64,000 nt of DNA from Armatimonadota bacterium (lineage in GTDB: Bacteria; Armatimonadota; Zipacnadia; UBA1398; JAKPQA01), in assembly GCA_029547025.1 (NCBI GenBank), contig JAKPQA010000005.1, forward strand, positions 3,880-67,879. The letters are read 5' to 3'. Made by a program: the position numbers and the translations under genes. Positions 37,663 to 47,191 of this stretch are shown here, piece by piece. The number at the start of each line of letters is the position of its first letter. Positions within the stretch are counted from its first letter, which is position 1. The notes beneath the pieces are model-generated. The model made no database searches and was not told where the DNA came from. It saw only the letters and a program-made list of their open reading frames with translations.

Positions 37663-38733
37663 TCAGCGGCCGGCCCGGGCCTCGGCGGCCGTGTTCGCCA
37701 TCCGCCTGAGCACATCCAGCTCGACCTCGTCCAGCTGCTCCATGAGCCGAGGCTGACCGGGTCGCAGGTCGAAGGACCGCGCCGGCCCCGCGGCACCCCC
37801 GCGCGGCGAACCATTGTGCAGGCACCACCCCGCCGCCCCACCCCGGACGGCCCCGGCCAGGTCCGTAAGAAAGTCCTCCGCTTCGGGCTGCCAGGCACCA
37901 TAGGCTCGCCGGAACGGCTCCTGGTAATGCACCGGCGCCAGGTGACCCATCTCGGCCATCGTGGCCAGGTACTGCCGCGTCTGCTTCTCGGTCCGCCCGG
38001 GGCTCCCGGGATCCCTTCCCAGGTGCGGGCAGATGAAGTCCTCACCCGCGACCTCCAGGTGACCCTTCAGGTGCTTGGCGCCCCCATCATCGACTCCCGA
38101 TGCCGTGACCAGGCGCTCGGGATCCACATCCCGAATGGCGGCCCGGATCCGAGCCAGCTCCTCATAGGGCACGAAGCGCGCATCGCGGACATCGCGCTCG
38201 TTGGCCATGTCGATGTAGACATTCCGGAAGCCCCGAAGTGCCGCGGCCAGCACGCTCGCCGCGCGACAGTGATCCTCCACCTTGGTCAACGCCTCCTCGG
38301 TGGGACGCGGCCCCAGCGGGCCCCGCGTCAGAGTGACGTCAACCACGATGCCACGCTCATCGGCCAGCCGGACCAGCTCGACAAGCTGGTCGAAGTACGG
38401 CGGACGCGGCTCCCCCGAACCGGTGACCGCCGACGTGTTCTCATCGCCAGACACCCACGTGGCCCACACGCGGATCCAGTTGATGCCGCGCTCCGCGAGG
38501 TCGTCCAAATCGCGCCGGACGGTCTCAGCCGGCGCCGCGGCGCCGCCGTAGTAGCTGATGCCCAACAGGAAAGTGGGCTCGCCGTTGATCGTAAATCGGG
38601 TCCCCTCGACGCCCAGGACTGTCTGGCCTGCCCCGAAGGCAGGCATCAGTAGCGTGAGTGCCACGGCCCACGAGACCGCGGCGGAGTGGTGTCCTGGCAC
38701 CCGCACCAGCCCCCAGCCCAGCCTCGGTTGCAT
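37663..38733 (-). CDS. secreted glycoside-hydrolase-like TIM-barrel protein (GH5-like)
   Basis: Signal peptide, a DMANE (NEP-like acid/base) motif, and a paralogous layout to the protein at 35144..36304. Confidence 0.5.
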   Translation of the reverse strand: MQPRLGWGLVRVPGHHSAAVSWAVALTLLMPAFGAGQTVLGVEGTRFTINGEPTFLLGISYYGGAAAPAETVRRDLDDLAERGINWIRVWATWVSGDENTSAVTGSGEPRPPYFDQLVELVRLADERGIVVDVTLTRGPLGPRPTEEALTKVEDHCRAASVLAAALRGFRNVYIDMANERDVRDARFVPYEELARIRAAIRDVDPERLVTASGVDDGGAKHLKGHLEVAGEDFICPHLGRDPGSPGRTEKQTRQYLATMAEMGHLAPVHYQEPFRRAYGAWQPEAEDFLTDLAGAVRGGAAGWCLHNGSPRGGAAGPARSFDLRPGQPRLMEQLDEVELDVLRRMANTAAEARAGR

Positions 38734-38808
38734 CCGGCAGCGGCTTCGCTCGGCGTCGACGACCCACCTGCGCCGCGCATGCCCTGGGCCGCGGTACCGA
38801 CCCGCCTC

Positions 38809-40176
38809 TCAACGTCCTCCTCTGCCCTCTGCCATCTGCCCTGTGCCTAGCATCCGGCCCAGGGCGGGGTACCGTGTGTGTCCGAGTTCCACGACCTCGG
38901 CCGCGAACCGTCGATACAGCCCAATGGCCGCGGCGGGGGGCAGTCCGGCCTGGCCCAGCGCCGGATGCCTCGTCAGCAACCGATCGTCGGGCAGCCGGGA
39001 GAACTCCGCCACCATGCCCAGCAGGTCCGCGAGGTTGCGGAACCCGTCGGTGCCCCTGTGGCTCTCCGGGTTGCCAAGCAGCTCCATCTGCTGCGCCTCA
39101 GGCCCCACACCAGCCGTGGCGAGGGCCAACTGCCTCTGGAGGCACGGCACGCACCCGCCACATGGCCTCGGGTGCCGCCCGGCTTGCCAGCACGACTCGG
39201 TTCGGCGAATCTCCGCCTCGCTCACCCGCCATCGCAGTATGTCCCGCACGACCTCGGCCTTCGTATGGCCGAGGAGCGGGTTGCCGATCCCGAGGCGGTG
39301 ATCGAGGATCTCCGACGCCACCGACGCGAAGCAAGCCAGGACCTCGGGATGCGTGGTGCGGGTCGACAGCCCGCCCACGCGCGATGGCCCCATGGGCACG
39401 TGCAGCGCCATGATGCCATTCTCGGGCACCACGATCTCTTCGATCCCCGCCGACCACGCCACCCCAGCGGCCAGCGCCAGGTACCAGAGCGATCGGGCCC
39501 GGCGCGACGGCTCCCGGTCGCTTCGCGACGGGAGCACGAACTCGGGCTCCCGGACCCGCGAGACGCCCAGTGACACCCCAATGACCTCGAAGGCGGCACC
39601 GTAGTGGCTGCGCAGCGACCCGACAACACGCCGCTGGGCCTCCAGGGTCGTGGCGTTCGACGAGCGATGCATCACGAACAGCGGCCGCCGCCCTTCCTCC
39701 AACGACGCCACCGCCCCGGCGAACGAGTCGATCCCGCCCGAAAGCAGACTCACGCAGTCCGCCGCGCTCCGCAGCCCCGCCTGGCTCGTGCGGGTTACAC
39801 GGGCGCAGGCCCTTGGCCGGAACTCGAGACGGATGTTGTCCCCCGTCATCAGGTGGAACAGCGAGGTGAGCGCCGGCGCGGCGGCCTCCCAGGTGCCGGG
39901 CAGCCGAACAGGGATGGCGAAGGTGAGCGAGCGGACCCACTGCTCGTTCGCCCCCCGCGGCACCAGGTGATCGCCCATCACCAGCGCCGCGGTGACCTCG
40001 AGCAGGTCCTGCGCCGAGTCGCTGAGCGGTTGAGGGAGCCGGGTCGAGAGCCGATGGAGGTCCAGCTCAACGTTGCGCCGCCGCGACACCCAGTCGAGCA
40101 CCACCACGGGAGGGCCGTTGGCCGGCAGCAGCACGGTCTCATCCCCGTCGGCCCGCACGACTACTCGTGCGTTCAA
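38809..40176 (-). CDS. QueC-like PP-loop ATPase/amidoligase homologue with N- and C-terminal extensions (non-canonical; QatC/Cap9-like architecture)
   Basis: PP-loop SGGIDS lies at about residue 145, not at the N-terminus. QueC-like core segments (RSLWYLALAAG, VVPENGIMALHVP) and a QueC-type zinc motif (C-x9-CGGCVPC-LQR) are present. Start set at the TTG at 40176, overlapping the upstream gene's TGA (TTGA). A GTG alternative lies 15 nt downstream. The first ~260 codons of ORF 38809..40956 are a frame artefact. Confidence 0.6.
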   Translation of the reverse strand: MNARVVVRADGDETVLLPANGPPVVVLDWVSRRRNVELDLHRLSTRLPQPLSDSAQDLLEVTAALVMGDHLVPRGANEQWVRSLTFAIPVRLPGTWEAAAPALTSLFHLMTGDNIRLEFRPRACARVTRTSQAGLRSAADCVSLLSGGIDSFAGAVASLEEGRRPLFVMHRSSNATTLEAQRRVVGSLRSHYGAAFEVIGVSLGVSRVREPEFVLPSRSDREPSRRARSLWYLALAAGVAWSAGIEEIVVPENGIMALHVPMGPSRVGGLSTRTTHPEVLACFASVASEILDHRLGIGNPLLGHTKAEVVRDILRWRVSEAEIRRTESCWQAGRHPRPCGGCVPCLQRQLALATAGVGPEAQQMELLGNPESHRGTDGFRNLADLLGMVAEFSRLPDDRLLTRHPALGQAGLPPAAAIGLYRRFAAEVVELGHTRYPALGRMLGTGQMAEGRGGR

Positions 40177-40874
40177 CCGGGGCCCCCGGCCGCTCGCAGC
40201 CGTTCCAGCGCGCCGGTGATGAGCCCCCGGAGCAGCGGTGCTGGGTCGCCCTGGGGCGCGCCGGCCCACGGGCAGTCGCGGACGGCCTCCGCGCAGACCC
40301 GTTCCGCCGCCTCGACCAGCCGGCATCGGGCCTGAACGTCCGGCAGCCCCGGGGTGCCCACCACATCGGCCGTGTCGCGCGCCACCAGATGCCCGAACAG
40401 TCGCGACAGGTAGTGGGCCGCGAACCACCGGCTGGCATCCTGGTCGGCAGCGCCCGAAGGCTCGAAGCCCGCCGGCCGCGCGGCGTCGCTCCCGGCCAGC
40501 GCCATGGCCGTCAGGAAGGTGGCATCGAGGGCGATCTCGGCCTGACGGCTCGAGTCGCCTTGGGCGGCCAGACTGGCCCGGGCGACCTCGCGGGCTCGGA
40601 CGCCGGCCTCGACGGCCGACTCGATCGAGCCATCGCCTGGGGCCACCGACAGCGCGGCCTGCAGGCATCGGACCACCCCGGGGGCCGACATGGCCTCGAC
40701 GAACTCGGCATCCAGCGCCTGCGCCGCGGCCGAGACCACCCGGACGGCATCGATGGGCGCGCGGCGGTACTGGGCGCGGACCCGTTGCCAGGCCGGGTTC
40801 CGAGGTGATGGGTGAGCCGTCGAGGTGCCCACAGGGCTTCGCCCCCCGGAGCATTGATTGTTGAGGCTGATCAT
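40173..40874 (-). CDS. hypothetical alpha-helical protein translationally coupled to the QueC-like gene
   Basis: 233-aa ORF with high GC3 and no family I recognise. Its stop overlaps the QueC-like start. The start is uncertain: the ATG at 40874 sits directly after a TATACT hexamer, and a GTG alternative lies ~36 nt in. Confidence 0.4.
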   Translation of the reverse strand: MISLNNQCSGGRSPVGTSTAHPSPRNPAWQRVRAQYRRAPIDAVRVVSAAAQALDAEFVEAMSAPGVVRCLQAALSVAPGDGSIESAVEAGVRAREVARASLAAQGDSSRQAEIALDATFLTAMALAGSDAARPAGFEPSGAADQDASRWFAAHYLSRLFGHLVARDTADVVGTPGLPDVQARCRLVEAAERVCAEAVRDCPWAGAPQGDPAPLLRGLITGALERLRAAGGPG

Positions 40875-41131
40875 AGTATACGAACACCAGTACGGCTATG
40901 AAGTCACCTTTTGCAGCGATAGGTATATACCTTTGCCTGGAGGGCCTCCGTGGCACCTCTGCACCCGCGGAGAAGGCCCTTACCGGCCCTTACCATTTCG
41001 CGCCCGTCCGGCGGCCCGGAGGAGCCCGGGCTTGGCCAGTTGTGTAGGGCGATGGGGACGAAAAGGGGCCATTTGGGGGAGTGAAGTGGCCATATGAGCA
41101 TATAAGCTTACCTGTGACGCCGGTCGGGCCC

Positions 41132-42304
41132 CTACTCGGCGTTCAGCGCCGCGAAGGTCTGCAGCTTCCAGAACAGGTCCACCGAGTCGAGGAGCGCCGT
41201 TGAGAGATCGGCCTCGGCGATCCAGTCGCCCTGGTCTGCGGCGGCCTTCAGGGCATCCACCTTGGTCAGCAGCTCCATCACCCGCGGCTCCAGCGCCTGG
41301 CCGTCATCGGCGGCCAGGGCCAGCAGGTTCAGCGCATCGGTGCGGAGCTGGTTCGGCTGCAGACCGCGGACGGGCTCGGGGCGGAAGTCGGCCTTGCTGA
41401 GTGCAACCTGATCGGCCGCGCCGTGGTCCCTCAGATACGCCTCGGCGTCGGCGTTGGTCTTCCCCGTGAAGTCATACAGCGCCAGCCGCGCCTGGCCGGC
41501 TTCCGGCTTGAGGTTCAGCGTCGTCTGCACCGCGTAGTTGCCGATGGAGACACTCCCGCCCGCGATGCCCGCCGGGTCGAGCACCACCGCACACGGGCCG
41601 TCGCCCTCGCCCTTGGCCACGTCGAACACGGCGTCATAGTAGTACAGGAAGGTGTCCTCTCCCGGCTGGACCTCCACCGTCGAGGGCTCCTTCTGGTCGA
41701 TGCGCGGCGTCCTGCAGTGCCGCTCGCCCTGCCGGTGCCGGGCGGCGGTGAAGAAGCTTGGGTAGCACGTGAGCTGCAGGCTGATGGATTGCACCGTGGC
41801 ACCCTCGCGGGGCTTCCAGACGACGTCCGCATCGACGTGGTTCTCGCCGCCCAGCATCATCAGACGGAGGCCCACGTCGGCATCCGGGTGCGCCCAGATG
41901 ACCTGGAACGATCCCCGCGGGCCGCGCTCGAGCACGCGCACATCGCGCAGGTCGCAAACGGTGGCGTCGGAGCCGTTGACCATGACGCGCAGGAACCCGC
42001 CCCAGTACCAGTTGGCGCTGGAGGGGGAGGGCATGCCGAAGTTGCCCTCGGAACACGGGTGTTTTCCGTCGTGCGAGGGATCCTGGCAGCCGGCGATCAG
42101 GAACGCGTAGTTGGCGGCCCCGGACTGGAGCGAGATGGTCCGTTTGGCGATGGGGTGCCCGGCCGTGCACTCCCAGGTGGCCGGCGTGATGGCGGCGCCG
42201 GTGTCGGACACGTCCACCCGGGGCGGTTCATCGGCACCAGGCGCCGGGCCGGCGAGGAGGGGGAGTGCGAGGGCCACCAGTCGTACGCATCGGTCGGGAC
42301 TCAT
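41132..42304 (-). CDS. secreted hypothetical protein
   Basis: Start trimmed to the ATG at 42304 (MSPDRCVRLVALALPLLAGPAPGADE, a signal peptide), which has a GGGAGG Shine-Dalgarno and lies 3 nt after the upstream stop. The 5' 180 codons of the ORF are a frame artefact. Confidence 0.5.
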   Translation of the reverse strand: MSPDRCVRLVALALPLLAGPAPGADEPPRVDVSDTGAAITPATWECTAGHPIAKRTISLQSGAANYAFLIAGCQDPSHDGKHPCSEGNFGMPSPSSANWYWGGFLRVMVNGSDATVCDLRDVRVLERGPRGSFQVIWAHPDADVGLRLMMLGGENHVDADVVWKPREGATVQSISLQLTCYPSFFTAARHRQGERHCRTPRIDQKEPSTVEVQPGEDTFLYYYDAVFDVAKGEGDGPCAVVLDPAGIAGGSVSIGNYAVQTTLNLKPEAGQARLALYDFTGKTNADAEAYLRDHGAADQVALSKADFRPEPVRGLQPNQLRTDALNLLALAADDGQALEPRVMELLTKVDALKAAADQGDWIAEADLSTALLDSVDLFWKLQTFAALNAE

Positions 42305-42306
42305 CG

Positions 42307-45300
42307 TCACATCGCCTCCCGCAGCGTCCAGCTCGCCTCGCCTGACTTGCCGCTGAACAGCTCGGTCGCCTTGACTTTCCACCGGCCGACCACCGGGTTG
42401 TAGGGCGTGGGGAATTGCACCTGACCGCGGCCGCCATCGAGCAGGACCACTTTCTGCCCCCAGAAGGGGGTGCTGCCGTCGGGCGCCACGGCCTGGACGA
42501 ACACGGCGAGCTTCTCGCTGGCGCGGGGGGGCACGGCCAGTTCGATCTCGGCCGTAGCCGGCTCGCCCGGGACCGGCATCCGGGGCGAGACGGTGACGCT
42601 CGGCGCGGCGATCTCGTAAGGCAGGGCCATGAAGAAACTGGCCCGGCCCCAGCGCAGGGTGGTCTCGAACTGTTTCACATTGCCGAGGTGCTTGCCGGCG
42701 CGGAGGTCGTAGACGTGCATGGGCTCGGGCAGCGTGACCGATGCCGGCACCGGCGGTCCGGCGGTGGTGCCCGACTTGGGCCCGAACCACTCGTTCTCCA
42801 TGCGCCGCCAGAGGCCGAACACGAGCGCATCGCCGTCGCGCCACACGCGCGACTCGGTGTTCGGCAGCGGCCCGCCGCCGGGCGCGCTCACGCTGATGGG
42901 CGATCGCGCTCCGCTCAGGCTCAGAACCAGACGAGCCAGCTCGCGCGACGCCTTCACCTGCTCGGCATCGCCGGCGAGGAGCTGGAAGTTGAGCAGGGCC
43001 GCCGCACCGGCGCCGGCGCGGTGGACGAATGCCACGGGCGTCTCGCCGGCCCGTCCCAGCGCCTGAGCACCGGCCGCCTCGACCTCGGTGTCGATGCGAG
43101 CTTTCGGCAGGTCCAGCTTCACCCGGTGGCCGGCCATGGTGCCATCGATGGACACGGGCTGGTCGGCCGCCTTCCCGCGGCCCGTGCGGCGTATGCCGAA
43201 CAGGTCATCGAGCGCGCCCGGCTCGAGCGGCTTGCAGTGGCCATCGTAGATGCCCGGCCGCACATCGGCGATGACCGTTCCGCCGGCCTCGGCGAACTTG
43301 CGGATGGCCGCAGCCTCCTCAGCGCTCAGCGCCTGAGTCATCGGCAGCAGTAGCACGCGGAACTCGTCGGTCGTGAGCGCGCCGGACCTCAGCATGGCGG
43401 TGCTCACGTAGCGGGCATCGAGGCCAAGCTCATAGATGAACTGCAGCCAGCGTTCGTGGTCGGTCTGTGGCGAGACGAAATCAGAGCCGTTCTCGAGCTG
43501 GGCTGATAGCGTTGAGGGCACCGAGTAGTAGATGGCGATGCCGCTGTGCTCGACCTTCGACCTGATGAGCAGATCGCCGAGGCCCTGGCGGACGGGGCGC
43601 ATTTCCTCGGCCAGGTCGGCGGTGGCGGGCCACAGATCGAGCGTGGGTCGCAGATAGCCGCGCCAGTCGCCGATGCCGGACCACATCCAGAACCAGATGC
43701 TATCCATGCCCTTTATGACCATGCGCCAGGCGGCATCGGAGAGGGCGTCGCCGGTCTTGCTGTAGCCCATCCAGTTCGACCGCACCGTGCTGCGCGGGGC
43801 GATGGAGCGGACCAGGTCGTCGCCGATGCTGGGATAGGGGCCATAGAAGGTGTTGGTGGCGAGGATGGCGTCGTAGTCGTCGCCGAAGCCGCCGGTGCCC
43901 TCGAAGCCGGTCAGCGCCTCGGGGTCGAGTTCGCGGTAGCCCTCGACGAACCGGCGCACGAAGTGCATGAGGTTCCATCGGGCAAAGGCCTGCCGGTCGT
44001 ACCAGCGCGGGAAGCAGGAGGTTCGCGCGGCGGCCTCCATGTTGTCGGCGTGGTCGAGGAGATCGACCTGGTCGAAGGAGGCGTACGTGGTACCCCACGA
44101 GGCGTTCAGCGCCTCGATGGTTCCGTACTGCTCGGCCAGCCAACGGCGGTAGGTGGCGATGCAGGCGGGATGGACGCAGCACCCGAGGGTGACGCCCTCA
44201 TCGCCCAGCGAGTAGACGAATACGCCCTGCTCGCGCATGTGTATCTGGGCGTCGACGATGCCCTGCACGTAGTCGGCCGCCTTGGGGTCGTCGTTCCAGC
44301 ATACGGGCTGCATGTAGCCGTTTTCGTCCTTCGGATCGAGGATGCGAGTGCTGTAGGGGGCGATGGAGGCATCGCAGGCCAGGAGGGACGCTGGCGCCTC
44401 GCGTGCCGGCGGGCCGAAGGTGCCGAGCAGGCACACGTTGTACCCGACGGCCTGCATCTGCCGCCAGGCGAAGGGCCCGAGCACATCCATGGGCGCATCC
44501 CACATGACGAAGTTGTGCTGGTTGTGCCGGCGTTTGGGGACGAGGAACGAGGCGTCCTTCTGCTCGATCTCGCGGTCGCCGGCTCGCAGCAGTGCCTCGG
44601 CGCGCATCCAGTTGGTTGCGAACGTGGTGGCCTGGTAGCTCAGGGGCACCTCGGTCTGGCCCGGCGACAGGGCCACGTCCTGCTGGTCGAGGACGCGGTC
44701 GTAGCTGTCGCGATAGCGCAGTTGGAGCACGGCGCCATCGGGCACCGGCCCACGCAGCGTGGCCGTGCCGCGGATGGTCTCACCCACCTCGACGAAGGGG
44801 CGATCGAGCTTCACCTCGCCGACGCCGAAGGGACTCTCGAAGGCGAACGACCCGGCAGCGAAGGCCTCGGTCCCGCGCTTCGACTTGGCGACCGCATCCA
44901 CGTAGTAGCCCCCCGCCCGGAGGGTCGGCAGCTTCACGGGCACGCGGACCGACTCCCCGGGCGGCAGCGTGACCTCGGCCTTGCCCAGTGGCGTCCGCTG
45001 GCCATCCGAAGCGCGGCAGAGCTCGAGCTCGACCGTGGCGTCGACCTTCTCCGCCGCCGTGCTGCGGAGGGTTACCTCCGAAGCCATCGTGGTCCCGCCG
45101 GCGATCGAGGGGCTAAAGCCGGCGACGACGGACTCGAACGCCACATCGCCCTCGCGGGAGGCCGCCCACAGGGCCGCCCGGCCGACCAGGAGCATGCGGT
45201 AGTCGTACTCGGCCAGGGCGCGGGCGCTGTAGGCGGGGGCGGCGCTGAGCGATCCCGCGCCGTGGCGGAACCACACGCCACGGCCCTTGCCCAGGCGGTA

Positions 45301-45882
45301 GGCCGAGACCATGTCGGCCGCGGTCTTGCCATCGAAGCCGGGCACGCCGTTGATCAGGAACGCCGGGGTCGGGTCGATGCGACGTTTGGCGACCAAGTAC
45401 TCGTCGGCCCCGGCGCCACAGCAGAGCAGCCCGGCGCCCTTGGCGACCTGACTGAGGATCCGGTACTGGAACTCGGCGGGGAGCTTGGCCATGGGGAACC
45501 CGGCGATGACGTAGAGCTGGTAGGGTGTTTGCAGGAGCCTCCTCGCGCGCTGCTCGCCGAGCCCCTGGCCGTGGAAGTGCCACAGGCCGTCGCCCGAGCC
45601 GCAGTAGAAAATGGCATCCGACTGAAGGTCGAACCGCTGGCCGAGCTCGACCGCCTCGCGCACCCGCGTGCCGGTGTCCTCCCACGTGCCGTCATAGGGA
45701 CCGGTGTCGATGAAGAACAGCGTCCGAACCGGCCCGCCCACATATCCCTTGGCCCATGCTTTGTGCGGGGTGATGAGGGTCGAGGCGAGCGAGTGGTCCT
45801 CTTCGACCTCGACGGCGTTCGTCGCCGCCACCACCGGAGCGGCCAGGCCGGCGAGGAGCATCAGAGCAACGACGGTGCGCAT
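42307..45882 (-). CDS. large secreted glycoside-hydrolase-like protein (GH42-like beta-galactosidase features)
   Basis: Start at the ATG at 45882 (MRTVVALMLLAGLAAPVVAA), with a GAAGGAGG Shine-Dalgarno. A GH42-trimerisation-like segment (LLLPMTQALSAEEAAAIRKFAEAGGTVIAD) and a TIM-barrel-like N-terminal half are present. Confidence 0.5.
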   Translation of the reverse strand: MRTVVALMLLAGLAAPVVAATNAVEVEEDHSLASTLITPHKAWAKGYVGGPVRTLFFIDTGPYDGTWEDTGTRVREAVELGQRFDLQSDAIFYCGSGDGLWHFHGQGLGEQRARRLLQTPYQLYVIAGFPMAKLPAEFQYRILSQVAKGAGLLCCGAGADEYLVAKRRIDPTPAFLINGVPGFDGKTAADMVSAYRLGKGRGVWFRHGAGSLSAAPAYSARALAEYDYRMLLVGRAALWAASREGDVAFESVVAGFSPSIAGGTTMASEVTLRSTAAEKVDATVELELCRASDGQRTPLGKAEVTLPPGESVRVPVKLPTLRAGGYYVDAVAKSKRGTEAFAAGSFAFESPFGVGEVKLDRPFVEVGETIRGTATLRGPVPDGAVLQLRYRDSYDRVLDQQDVALSPGQTEVPLSYQATTFATNWMRAEALLRAGDREIEQKDASFLVPKRRHNQHNFVMWDAPMDVLGPFAWRQMQAVGYNVCLLGTFGPPAREAPASLLACDASIAPYSTRILDPKDENGYMQPVCWNDDPKAADYVQGIVDAQIHMREQGVFVYSLGDEGVTLGCCVHPACIATYRRWLAEQYGTIEALNASWGTTYASFDQVDLLDHADNMEAAARTSCFPRWYDRQAFARWNLMHFVRRFVEGYRELDPEALTGFEGTGGFGDDYDAILATNTFYGPYPSIGDDLVRSIAPRSTVRSNWMGYSKTGDALSDAAWRMVIKGMDSIWFWMWSGIGDWRGYLRPTLDLWPATADLAEEMRPVRQGLGDLLIRSKVEHSGIAIYYSVPSTLSAQLENGSDFVSPQTDHERWLQFIYELGLDARYVSTAMLRSGALTTDEFRVLLLPMTQALSAEEAAAIRKFAEAGGTVIADVRPGIYDGHCKPLEPGALDDLFGIRRTGRGKAADQPVSIDGTMAGHRVKLDLPKARIDTEVEAAGAQALGRAGETPVAFVHRAGAGAAALLNFQLLAGDAEQVKASRELARLVLSLSGARSPISVSAPGGGPLPNTESRVWRDGDALVFGLWRRMENEWFGPKSGTTAGPPVPASVTLPEPMHVYDLRAGKHLGNVKQFETTLRWGRASFFMALPYEIAAPSVTVSPRMPVPGEPATAEIELAVPPRASEKLAVFVQAVAPDGSTPFWGQKVVLLDGGRGQVQFPTPYNPVVGRWKVKATELFSGKSGEASWTLREAM

Positions 45883-45979
45883 GCGAAGTCCTCCTTCAGC
45901 CCATCTTGGGGGTCCGCGCCGGGCCGATATGGGCCACGCAGACCGTTCGTGCGGCCCCCGCACGATCAGGTGGCGCCTC

Positions 45980-46960
45980 TCACTCGGCCAGCGCCTGATC
46001 GATGAGGTACCGGTACTTCAGCTCACTGGACTGCTGGGCGAGCACCACGGCCTCGCGCAGTGACTGGCGCAGCGTCGCCAATGTGGCGCGCGCGGCGGCG
46101 TTGTCCGCACGCCGCAGCTTGCGCCAGCGGCGGGCGAGCTCCAATGCTTTCCCGGCGTATTGGGGGTCGCCGGCGGCTTCAGAGAACACGTGCAGATGCT
46201 CAGGGCCCAGCCCGGCGATGGCGTGCAACTGGCGAGTGAGGTGGGCGCGGTAGGCGGCGTTGATCGCCTCGGTGGCATTGCGCGCGGCCGCGAGGTCTGG
46301 CGCGGGCCCTTCCATGACGAGCGTGGCGAAGTGCTCGGGTTCGTTGAACTGAGCCTGCAGTGGCGCCCAGCACGTGAACTTGGTCCCGCCGGAGATGGTC
46401 GTCACGGTGTTGCGACAGAAGTTGCCACGCCATCGGTCTCCCGCCTCGGGGCGCGCGCCGAGAAGCGAGAAGGGGATCCGGATCTCGAGGCTGTAGCCGT
46501 TGGCGTCCGCATGGGCGACGGCCTGGTACTTGCGGAAGTCGGGAGCGCCGACGAAGCCGCCCTTGGCAGCCCCGGCGGTCACGACGAACTGGGTGACCTT
46601 CCCGCCCTCGATGGGCTGAAGGAAGACCTCAACGCCGTCGTCCTCCCACGTCGGTCCGCCATCGCGCACATGCCGAGCCATCTGGGCCACATCGGGCTCG
46701 TCGCATGTGATGCCGACGTAGAGGGCTTCGGCGTCCCGGCAGGCCTGCACGGAGGTCTGCTTGACTTCGGCGTAGCCGTCGCCGAGCTTGTGGAAGCCGG
46801 TGGCCATTGGGATCCGCGCCCATGCCACATCGCCGTCGATGATGCCGTCCATGGTGGGGGGCACGGGAACCTGGTAGCAGGGGTAGACGGGGGGATCGGC
46901 CGCTGATGCCACGCGATGGACGGCGAGGACCAGCAGTAGGCAGCGCGCGCTCTGGGCCAC
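45980..46960 (-). CDS. secreted CBM9/DOMON-like carbohydrate-binding domain protein
   Basis: PTMDGIIDGDVAWARIP and a downstream beta-sandwich pattern resemble CBM9-like modules. Start placed at the GTG at 46960 (signal peptide AQSARCLLLVLAVHRVASA). The upstream ORF part is a frame artefact. Confidence 0.4.
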   Translation of the reverse strand: MAQSARCLLLVLAVHRVASAADPPVYPCYQVPVPPTMDGIIDGDVAWARIPMATGFHKLGDGYAEVKQTSVQACRDAEALYVGITCDEPDVAQMARHVRDGGPTWEDDGVEVFLQPIEGGKVTQFVVTAGAAKGGFVGAPDFRKYQAVAHADANGYSLEIRIPFSLLGARPEAGDRWRGNFCRNTVTTISGGTKFTCWAPLQAQFNEPEHFATLVMEGPAPDLAAARNATEAINAAYRAHLTRQLHAIAGLGPEHLHVFSEAAGDPQYAGKALELARRWRKLRRADNAAARATLATLRQSLREAVVLAQQSSELKYRYLIDQALAE

Positions 46961-47191
46961 GGTTGCATCACCCCGGGGCGAGGAGGGTGGGTTGCGCCGT
47001 AGACGAGTTCGCCGTGCGGCCGGCGAGGCCTGCGAGGGATCTGGGGCCGCTTCATGGCGTGGCTCGCGGCGGGATTCCGCCCGATCCCGAGGCGTCCGGG
47101 CTGGTGCGGCGCCGGCAAGCTTGACGGCAGTGCTGGCGCGCCGCACAATCGCCTTGCGCACGATCTGGCGCGATGCCGCGGGAGTGAGCCC

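Noticed and set aside
40177-40956. N-terminal 260 codons of ORF 38809..40956 (Arg/Gly/Pro-rich)
   Set aside because: The composition is typical of an off-frame read-through in GC-rich DNA, and it fully overlaps the better 233-aa ORF. The QueC-like gene starts at the TTG/GTG that overlaps that ORF's stop.
40904-41101. 65-aa ORF in the AT-richer leader upstream of the QueC-like operon
   Set aside because: No Shine-Dalgarno and odd composition. The region is better explained as promoter/regulatory DNA.
42305-42844. N-terminal 180 codons of ORF 41132..42844
   Set aside because: Arg-rich frame artefact overlapping the upstream gene. The real start is the ATG at 42304, with an Shine-Dalgarno and a signal peptide.
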